This document shows positions 19,856 through 26,924 of a stretch of 64,000 nt of DNA, piece after piece. A program made the position numbers and the translations under genes. The notes under the pieces were generated by a model. The model did not search any database. It was not told the origin of the DNA and worked only from the letters and a program-made list of their open reading frames with translations. Numbering within the stretch: the first letter of the stretch is position 1; every line of letters starts with the position of its first letter. The stretch is from assembly GCA_963803085.1 (NCBI GenBank), contig CAWDLE010000033.1, positions 71,597-135,596 of the forward strand, in the 5' to 3' direction. This stretch comes from an uncultured Thermoleophilaceae bacterium (GTDB taxonomy: Bacteria; Actinomycetota; Thermoleophilia; Solirubrobacterales; Thermoleophilaceae).

Positions 19856-21208
19856 CTAGCTGAGCACCCGCTCCAGCCCGACCGAGCGCGAGCCCTTCAC
19901 GAGCACGCGGTCGCCGGGACGGGCCACCTCCTCGAGCAGCGCACTGGCCTCCTCAGGCGTGGCCACGGGCTGCGTCTCGCCGTCGAAGCCGGCGGTGTAG
20001 GCGAGAGCCTCCTCACCCACCGGCACGAGCAGGTCCACCCCGCGCTTCGCCGCGTGTGCGCCGATCTCGCGGTGGTACTCAGGCGAGTCCTTGCCGAGCT
20101 CCGCCATCGTGCCCAGCACGGCAATCCGGCGCTCAGCCGGGCTTTCCGCCAGATGGTCGAGGGCCGCCCGCATGGACATGGGGTTGGCGTTGTAGCAGTC
20201 GTTCACGACCACGACACCGCCCGGCAGCTCCACCACCTCGCCGCGCATGGACGAGAACTGCACGTTCACGGCGCCGCCCACGCGCACCCCAAGCGCCCGG
20301 GCGGCGGCCACCGCGGCCAGAGTGTTGAGCAGGTTGTGAGGCTCGCGGTAGGACAGCTCGAGCTGGATCTGCTCGCCGCGCGCCTCGATCTCCGCGTGCT
20401 CTCCGTCCATGGCAAGGAGCTGGACCTGGCCCCCGGGACCGAAGGTCCACGTGTCGAGGTCGTCGCGCAGATGCGAGTCGAGCAGCGGCTCGCTGGCAGG
20501 CACCACGCACGCGGCGCCCGGCCGCAGGTCGCGGATCAGCTCAGCCTTGGCGGCGGCCACGCGCTCGACGGTGCCGAGGATCTCAAGGTGCACCGGGCCC
20601 ACATTCACGATCACCCCCACGTCGGGCTCCGCGATCTCCGCGAGCTCGGCGATCTGGCCCTCGCCTCGCATCGCCATCTCGAGCACGAGCACCTCGGTGC
20701 CGCGCTCGGCCTCGAGGATCGTGAGCGGCAGGCCGATCTCCGTGTTGAAGTTCTCCTGGCTTGCGTGAGTGCTTGCGCGCGAGCGAATCAGCGCCGCGAG
20801 GATGTCCTTGGTCGAGGTCTTGCCGGTCGAGCCGGTCACCCCGGCCACGCGCGCGCCGAGCTCGCGGCGCCACCCGCGCGCGACCAGCTGGAGCCCGCGC
20901 AGCGGATCGCGCGCCAGGATCGCTGTTGCGGAGGCGCACGACGACTGGCCGGTGGAGCTCTCCGCGGCCTCGACCGCCGCCGCGCGGTGCTCCGGCCCCA
21001 CGAGTACTCCCCACGCCCCCGCCTCGAGCGCCTGGGCGGTGAAGCGCCCGCCGTCCGCACTCGCGCCGCGCAGGCCCACGAACAGGTCCCCGGGCCCCAC
21101 CTCGCGCGAATCGATCACCGCTCGCTCCGGCCCGGCCCGCTCGGGGTCACCCGCGGCCAGCTCTCCCCCCGCCAGGGCGGCGATCCGGCCTGCCGACAGG
21201 TCGATCAC
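19856..21208 (-). CDS. murF: UDP-N-acetylmuramoyl-tripeptide--D-alanyl-D-alanine ligase
   Basis: 450 aa with GVTGSTGKTSTKD. GTG start overlapping the murE stop. Confidence 0.93.
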   Translation of the reverse strand: MIDLSAGRIAALAGGELAAGDPERAGPERAVIDSREVGPGDLFVGLRGASADGGRFTAQALEAGAWGVLVGPEHRAAAVEAAESSTGQSSCASATAILARDPLRGLQLVARGWRRELGARVAGVTGSTGKTSTKDILAALIRSRASTHASQENFNTEIGLPLTILEAERGTEVLVLEMAMRGEGQIAELAEIAEPDVGVIVNVGPVHLEILGTVERVAAAKAELIRDLRPGAACVVPASEPLLDSHLRDDLDTWTFGPGGQVQLLAMDGEHAEIEARGEQIQLELSYREPHNLLNTLAAVAAARALGVRVGGAVNVQFSSMRGEVVELPGGVVVVNDCYNANPMSMRAALDHLAESPAERRIAVLGTMAELGKDSPEYHREIGAHAAKRGVDLLVPVGEEALAYTAGFDGETQPVATPEEASALLEEVARPGDRVLVKGSRSVGLERVLS

Positions 21209-22614
21209 GCCCGCACCCCGAGCCGCGCCCGCAGCGCCTCACGAGCCACGGTCACATCGTCAAACGGCTCCTTGCGGCCGTTCTCGAACTCCTGGCCCTG
21301 CTCGTGGCCCTTTCCGGCGATCACAACCACGTCGCCGGGCTCGGCCTCCTCGATCACCCGCGTGATCGCGCCGCGGCGGTCGACCTCGCGCTCGGCCTCG
21401 GGCCCGGCGCCCTCCATCACCTCGTCGATGATCGCCTCGGGCTGCTCGCTGCGCGGGTTGTCCGACGTGACAACGACGCGATCGGCGAGCCGCCGGGCGG
21501 CCTCCCCCATCAGGGGACGCTTGCCGCGGTCGCGGTCCCCGCCCGCGCCGAAGATCACGTGAACGCGACGGCGCGTGACCTCTCGTGCCGCGCGCAGGAC
21601 GTTCTCGAGCGAGTCGGGCGTGTGCGCATAGTCCACGAGCACGCCGAAGTCCTGGCCCTCGTCGACGGCCTCGAAGCGCCCCGGCACGCGGCCGAAGCCC
21701 TCGAGCGAGATCTCCTCCACGCCCAGCGAACGCACGGCGGCCACCGCAGCGAGCACGTTCTGCACGTTGAAGAGCCCTGGCAGCGGCGAGTCGATCCGCA
21801 GCTCGCCGTCCGGTGACTCGAGCAGGAAGCGCGACCCCATCAGGTCGAACTCGATGTCGCGCGCCCGGTAGTCCGCCTCACGCTCGATGCCGAAGGTCAC
21901 GGCGTCCACCTCGGCGGCCAGGCGGCGGCCGTACCCGTCGTCCACGTTCACCACCGACAGCCCCGGCTCCTCGAACAGCCGGCGCTTGGCCGCGAAGTAA
22001 GCGTCCATGGTCTCGTGGAAGTCGAGGTGGTCCTGGGTGAGGTTGGTGAACACGCGGCATGCGAAGCGAATGCCGGCCACCCGCCCAAGCTCGAGGGCGT
22101 GCGAGGACACCTCCATCGCCACTGCGCTGTCGCCGCGGTCGCGCATGCGCCTGAAGGTCTCCTGGAGATCGATCGCCTCCGGGGTCGTTCGCTCGACCTC
22201 CTCCTCCATGCCGCCCACCACGCGCTTCACCGTCCCGAGGAGGCCCGTCTGCCGGCCGGCCGCCTCGAGCAGCTGGCGAACGAGGAACGCCGTTGTGGTC
22301 TTGCCGTTCGTGCCCGTGATGCCGACCACGTCGAGCTCGGCTGTGGGATCGCCGTAGAAGCGGGCCGCCGCCGGGCCCATGGCGGCTCGGACGTCGTCCA
22401 CCACCACCTCGGGCACGCCGAGGTCGAGGCGGCGCTCGGTCACGAGCGCGGCGGCACCGCGCTGAACCGCATCAGGAGCGAAATCGTGGCCGTCCGAGCG
22501 GAAGCCCGGTACGCAAAAAAAGAGCGCCCCCGGGGTGACGCTCTGGCTCGAGTAGGCCAGGCCCGAGATCTCGACCTCGGGCGCCCCAGGGCCCATCAGG
22601 TCGCGAAGGGTCAT
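21205..22614 (-). CDS. murE: UDP-N-acetylmuramoyl-L-alanyl-D-glutamate--2,6-diaminopimelate ligase
   Basis: GITGTNGKTTTAF is present along with a DNPR motif (TSDNPRSE). The start is taken at MTLRDLMGPG (ATG 22614). The 773-aa track ORF continues antisense through the neighbouring plus-strand gene and is not credible. Confidence 0.92.
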   Translation of the reverse strand: MTLRDLMGPGAPEVEISGLAYSSQSVTPGALFFCVPGFRSDGHDFAPDAVQRGAAALVTERRLDLGVPEVVVDDVRAAMGPAAARFYGDPTAELDVVGITGTNGKTTTAFLVRQLLEAAGRQTGLLGTVKRVVGGMEEEVERTTPEAIDLQETFRRMRDRGDSAVAMEVSSHALELGRVAGIRFACRVFTNLTQDHLDFHETMDAYFAAKRRLFEEPGLSVVNVDDGYGRRLAAEVDAVTFGIEREADYRARDIEFDLMGSRFLLESPDGELRIDSPLPGLFNVQNVLAAVAAVRSLGVEEISLEGFGRVPGRFEAVDEGQDFGVLVDYAHTPDSLENVLRAAREVTRRRVHVIFGAGGDRDRGKRPLMGEAARRLADRVVVTSDNPRSEQPEAIIDEVMEGAGPEAEREVDRRGAITRVIEEAEPGDVVVIAGKGHEQGQEFENGRKEPFDDVTVAREALRARLGVRA

Positions 22615-22644
22615 GGATCCCGGTGAGACTACCCGCTGGGCAAG

Positions 22645-23661
22645 ATGCCTCACGACCGCTACACCCCTCACGCTTTTGCGCTGGGAGCCGATAGGTATCA
22701 CGTGAGCGGCACCGCCCTGAGTTCGCTCGCTCGCCTCGCGGAACGCCGATTCACAAGCTTCTCCGAGGCAGCCGACACGGTCCTCGACTTGCTCGAGGCC
22801 GAGCTCCCGCCTGGTTCCGTACTTCTGGGCCGCGTGGACTGGGACGAGGGCGAGCTTCACCTGATCGACGTGCGCGGCGCGGCGGCCTCCCAGCTTCAGG
22901 CCGGCGGCACGCTGCCACTGGCCCCCGGAGCGAACAGCGCCGGGACCGGATTGCTCGATCCGGCCGCCCTCCAGCGCCTCTCGGTTCGCTCCTACCTGGC
23001 CCTGCCGCTCGAGACCAGCTCCGGCGCGGGAGCGCTCACCGTTTGCGCGCTCGCGGCCGGCACCGACGTCTTCTCGCAGACCCACCTGGAGCTGCTCACG
23101 GTGGCCGGGCGCCTGCTCACCTACGAGTGGGAGAGCGTGAAGTGGCGCGCCGACCTTCGCCGGCTCAACGAGCGACTGCGCGACCCGGAGCGCACCGACG
23201 CGCTCACGGGCCTGCTGAACCGCATCGCCTTTGTGGAGGCCACCGAGCGCGAGTGGCGGCTCGCCGAGCGGGGGACACTCGAGACGTACGTGCTCGCTTG
23301 CCGGATCACGAACCTCGGCCAGATCTCGCAGCGCCACGGCTCCGCCGTGGGCGAGCTGCTGCTGAAGGACGCCGCCGACGTGATGCAGACGGCCGTTCGC
23401 CGCACGGATTACGCCGGCCGCCTCGCCGACGACGTGTATGGCGCGGTGCTGGTGGGCTGCAAGGGACTCGAGGGCGCCGCCGCGTTCATCGGGCGCTACG
23501 GGCAGGCGCTCCAGCGCGTGACTCACGAGCGCCCGGCGCAGCTCGAGGTCACGTATGCGATGTCCTCGCTGGGCGACGCCGAGTCGCCCGAGGCCGCTCT
23601 TGACCGGGTCGAGACCGAGGCCAGGGACGCCCCCGTGCCGGTCACCGGGGAGGTCGCGTGA
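22645..23661 (+). CDS. GAF domain / degenerate GGDEF domain protein (A-site ADDVY, I-site RRTD retained)
   Basis: 338 aa. An N-terminal GAF-like region is followed by a GGDEF-domain start (DALTGLLNRIAFVE). The GG(D/E)EF position reads RLADDVYGAVL, and RRTD lies exactly 5 residues upstream, as for a canonical RxxD I-site. Confidence 0.8.
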   Translation: MPHDRYTPHAFALGADRYHVSGTALSSLARLAERRFTSFSEAADTVLDLLEAELPPGSVLLGRVDWDEGELHLIDVRGAAASQLQAGGTLPLAPGANSAGTGLLDPAALQRLSVRSYLALPLETSSGAGALTVCALAAGTDVFSQTHLELLTVAGRLLTYEWESVKWRADLRRLNERLRDPERTDALTGLLNRIAFVEATEREWRLAERGTLETYVLACRITNLGQISQRHGSAVGELLLKDAADVMQTAVRRTDYAGRLADDVYGAVLVGCKGLEGAAAFIGRYGQALQRVTHERPAQLEVTYAMSSLGDAESPEAALDRVETEARDAPVPVTGEVA

Positions 23662-26600
23662 GCGGGGAGGCAGGCACCGCCACGCCGCCGCCCCCGAAGG
23701 GAGTGGTTCCGCCCACTGAGCCCGGCGGCCGCTCGGGCTTCCTGAGCGACGTGATCGTCGAGCTCGGCTTCGCCACTTCGGATGCCGTCGAGGAGGCGGT
23801 CCGCGAGGCGCGCAGCGGAAGCACGGTCGCGCAGGTGCTCGTGGAGTCCGGCACGATCAGCGAGGAGCAGCTCGCGCGCGCGACCGCCGAGCGCTACGGG
23901 ATCGCCTACATCGATCTGGAGAACTACGAGGTCGACTCGAACGCCGCCGCGATGATCAAGCCGTCGGCCGCGAAGCGCTACCACGCAGTTCCCGTCGGCT
24001 TCGTGGGCGGAGGGCTGCTTGTGGCCATGGCCGATCCGGCGGACGCCCTCGGTGTGAACGACATCGCGGTGATGACGAAGCTCGAGGTCCAGCCGGCGGT
24101 GGCACCGCGCCCCGCTCTCGACGCGCTGCTCGACAAGCTCACGCTCGTCGCCGAGGGCTCCGACGAGGCAGCCGGGGACGAGGAGGGCGCGGGCAAGCCA
24201 ACGCGCGCCGCATCCACTGCGGTGTTCTGGCAGGCGGACGAGGCCGACGGCGAGGGACAGGAGCAGGATCTGCCGTCGGTCCAGCGCGCGCCGGTGGAGC
24301 GCTCCGCGGACCCCCGCGAGACCGAGCACATGCGCGCCGAGCTGGTCGAGCTGCGCCGCAAGCTGGTGGGCGCCGAGACCGAGCTCGTCAAGGCGCGCGC
24401 CGAACTGAGCGCCTCACAGGACGACCTCACGGCCGCCCGCGAGGCCGCCAACGGCCCGAACGCCCAGCAGGAGCAGCTCAAGACGGCGCTGGCTGAGGCC
24501 CGAGCGGCCGCGGACAGGGCGTCCACCGAGGTCGAGGAGCTGCGCGGCCGGATCACCGCGATGGAGTCCGAGCTCGCCGAGCAGCGCGAGAGCGCCGCAA
24601 AGGTGGCGGAGGAGCGCGAAAGCGCAGCCGCGAAGGCGGCCGAGCACGAGGCCGAGCTCGCGCGCGAGCGCGACGCAGCGGCCGCCAAGGCCGCCCAGCA
24701 CGAGGCCGAGCTCGCCGCCGCCACCGAGGCAGCCGAGAAGGCCGCCGCGATCGAAGCGGAGCTTGCCCGCGAGCGCGAGGCCGCCGCCGCTAAGGCCACC
24801 CAACACGAGGCCGAGCTCGCAAGGGAGCGCGAGGCCGCCGCCGCCAAGGCCGCCCAACACGAGGCCGAGCTCACGCGCGAGCGCGACGCAGGGGCCGCCA
24901 AGACCGCCGAGCACGAGGCCGAGCTGACCCGCGAGCGCGAGGCAGCCGCCGCAAAGGCCGCCCAACACGAGGCCGAGCTCGCCGCCGCCACCGAGGCAGC
25001 CGAGAAGGCCGCCGCGATCGAGGCCGAGCTTGCCCGCGAGCGCCAGGTAGCCGCGGCGAAGGGCGCCGCCGAATCGGACCTGCAGGCCGAGCGCGAGGCG
25101 GCGCTCGCTAGGGCGGCCGCCGTGGAGTCTGAGCTGGATGCGGAGCGCAAGGCCGCGGATACGGCGCTCGTCAGAGCCGCTGCCGCCGAGGGCGAGCTCG
25201 CCTCCTTGCGGGAGGAGACGGCTCAAAGCCTTGCCGAGATCGAGGCCGAGCTCACGCGTACTCGCGAGCACGCGGCCACGCCGCAGGCCGAGGTCGAGGC
25301 GCTTCGCGAGCAGCTCGGCAACGCGCAGGTCGAGCTCGAGGCTGCGCTCGCGGCCGCCCAGCAGGCAGAGGGCAGCGCCAAGCAGCTCCAGGAGCTTCGG
25401 GACTCGCTCGGCAACACGCAGGCCGAGCTGGAGAGCGTGCGCGGTCGCAGCGACGAGCTCGAGGCTCAGGTGCAGCAGGCCGAGGACCGAGCCCGCACTC
25501 TCACGGAGAACGCCGGAGCGGCACAGACCCGAGTGGAGGAACTCGAGCGCCTGCTCGACAGCACGCGCACCGAGGGCCGGAACGTCGAAACCAAGCTGCA
25601 GGAGGCGCTCGCCGCCCGCGAGAGCCACGAGGCCGACCTCACGGGTGCCCGTGCCGCGGCGGAACAGGCTGAGGCCAAGCTCGAGGATGCCCGCGCACAG
25701 GCCGAGCGGCTGGAGAGCGAGCTGAACGAGGCGCGCGGCGCCGACAGCGGAATCGAGCACAAGCTGGCTGACGCCGGCGTTGCGATCGAACGACTCGAGG
25801 CGGAGCTTGCGCGCTCGCTCGCGGAGAACGAGACCTTTGGCGCACAGCTGCGCGAGGCCGTGGCCGCCTCGGAGGGGCACGAGGAGGAGCTGGGGGCCGC
25901 ACGCAGCGAAGCCAAGCGCCTCGCCACCGAACTTGCCGAGGCGCACGCCGAGACAAAGACGCTCGCCGACGAACTCGCCCTCACCCGTAGCGCCACCGAG
26001 GGATTCGACGCGAGCCTCAGCGAGGCGCGCGACCAGGCCGAGGAGCTTCGCAGCGAGCTCGCCGACGCCCGCTCACAGGTCGAGCGGCTCGAAGCCGATC
26101 TCGAGCAGGCCCGCTCGGCCAAGGAGGAGCTCGACGCCGAGCGCGCACGCACGCGCTCCGAGCTCGAGGGTCTCGAGACCGAGCTGGCCCAGGCGCGGGC
26201 GGCGAGCGACGGCCTCACCGCTCAGCTCAGCGGTGCACGGGCGAAAAGCGAGGGTCTGATCGTCGAGCTGCGCGGTGCCCGCGGGGCGGCCGAGGCGCTC
26301 GAGGAGAAGCTCACCGAGGCACAGGCCGCGACAGAGGCGGCGGAGGCCGAGCTGGCCGAGGAGCGCACCGCGAAGGAGAAGCTGGCAGCCAAGCTCTCAG
26401 AGGCACGCGCCAAGGCCGAGAAGCTCGCGGAGCTGCAGCCGCGGCTCGACGATGCGGAGGCCGAGCTCGCGAAGCTGCGCGACGAGGCCGGCAGCCTCGA
26501 GGACCTGCGCACCGAGCTGGAAAATGCGAACGCAGGACTGGAGAGCGCGAGCGCCGAGGCACGCAAGCAGGGCGACGAGCTCCTGATCACGCAGAAGGCG

Positions 26601-26924
26601 CTCGACCGCGCCGGCACGCAGGCGGCGGAGCTGCGCAGCGAGCTGGCCGAGACCCAGACCGCGCTTGACCGCGCACGCCTCGAGGCCCAGGAGCTGGACA
26701 CGCTGCACGCCAAGCTGTCGGACGCCGAGCTTGCGCTCCGCGAGTCCGACCAGGCGCACAAACAGACGCGGAAGCGCATGGAGCGCGTGGAGGGCCGGCT
26801 GGCCGAGGCCCAGGGCGCCGCATTTGCCTCGGAGCGGGCCGCGGATCAGCTGCGCATGGCGCAGGAGCGGATGCGCGAGGCGCTCCGCCCGCTCGACGAA
26901 GACGAGCCGGATCCGTCCGCCTAG
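23658..26924 (+). CDS. T2SSE_N/MshEN-like N-terminal domain fused to a very long Ala/Glu-rich coiled coil (1088 aa)
   Basis: The GTG start overlaps the upstream stop (GTGA). Residues of roughly 25-165 look like a GspE/PilB N-domain (VAQVLVESGTISEEQLARATAERYGIAYIDLENYEVD...AKRYHAVPVGF...LLVAMADP). The remainder is heptad-like low complexity (AELARERxAAAAKAAQHE...) with no TM segment. Confidence 0.85.
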   Translation: MSGEAGTATPPPPKGVVPPTEPGGRSGFLSDVIVELGFATSDAVEEAVREARSGSTVAQVLVESGTISEEQLARATAERYGIAYIDLENYEVDSNAAAMIKPSAAKRYHAVPVGFVGGGLLVAMADPADALGVNDIAVMTKLEVQPAVAPRPALDALLDKLTLVAEGSDEAAGDEEGAGKPTRAASTAVFWQADEADGEGQEQDLPSVQRAPVERSADPRETEHMRAELVELRRKLVGAETELVKARAELSASQDDLTAAREAANGPNAQQEQLKTALAEARAAADRASTEVEELRGRITAMESELAEQRESAAKVAEERESAAAKAAEHEAELARERDAAAAKAAQHEAELAAATEAAEKAAAIEAELAREREAAAAKATQHEAELAREREAAAAKAAQHEAELTRERDAGAAKTAEHEAELTREREAAAAKAAQHEAELAAATEAAEKAAAIEAELARERQVAAAKGAAESDLQAEREAALARAAAVESELDAERKAADTALVRAAAAEGELASLREETAQSLAEIEAELTRTREHAATPQAEVEALREQLGNAQVELEAALAAAQQAEGSAKQLQELRDSLGNTQAELESVRGRSDELEAQVQQAEDRARTLTENAGAAQTRVEELERLLDSTRTEGRNVETKLQEALAARESHEADLTGARAAAEQAEAKLEDARAQAERLESELNEARGADSGIEHKLADAGVAIERLEAELARSLAENETFGAQLREAVAASEGHEEELGAARSEAKRLATELAEAHAETKTLADELALTRSATEGFDASLSEARDQAEELRSELADARSQVERLEADLEQARSAKEELDAERARTRSELEGLETELAQARAASDGLTAQLSGARAKSEGLIVELRGARGAAEALEEKLTEAQAATEAAEAELAEERTAKEKLAAKLSEARAKAEKLAELQPRLDDAEAELAKLRDEAGSLEDLRTELENANAGLESASAEARKQGDELLITQKALDRAGTQAAELRSELAETQTALDRARLEAQELDTLHAKLSDAELALRESDQAHKQTRKRMERVEGRLAEAQGAAFASERAADQLRMAQERMREALRPLDEDEPDPSA
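24571..25160 (+). repeat. in-frame tandem repeat array (about 10 units of 51-54 nt; higher-order duplication of about 270 nt)
   Basis: The protein units ARER[DE]AAAAKAAQHEAEL and AAATEAAEKAAAIEAEL recur. The block AAKAAQHEAELAAATEAAEKAAAIEAELARER occurs twice, at about 24690 and 24955. Confidence 0.85.

Noticed and set aside
22615-23526. The N-terminal 300-aa extension of murE in the ORF track (ORF 21205..23526).
   Set aside because: Homology to MurE starts at MTLRDLMGPG (ATG 22614). The extension is antisense to the GAF-GGDEF gene and has no MurE similarity. The same logic was applied to the extended track ORFs for murC, murD, tadC, lon, hbd, the PLP enzyme, the MFS gene, the amine oxidase and the M20 peptidase.
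23700-23900. A firm claim that the coiled-coil protein binds c-di-GMP through an MshEN motif.
   Set aside because: The two tandem helical motifs align, but the signature Arg (RLG) and terminal Gln are replaced (FLS.../...REA and TVA.../...AER), and the spacer is 4 residues, not 5. It is kept only as a testable hypothesis.
24571-25160. Whether the tandem repeats could be a CRISPR array.
   Set aside because: The units are contiguous with no unique spacers, in frame, and encode a periodic coiled coil. No cas genes are present.
23978-25946. Long minus-strand ORFs (390 aa and 510 aa) antisense to the coiled-coil gene.
   Set aside because: They are low-complexity mirror images of the GC-rich repeat region (Ser/Ala/Arg or Leu/Gly/Arg runs). 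The sense frame has the recognisable N-domain and is translationally coupled to the upstream gene.
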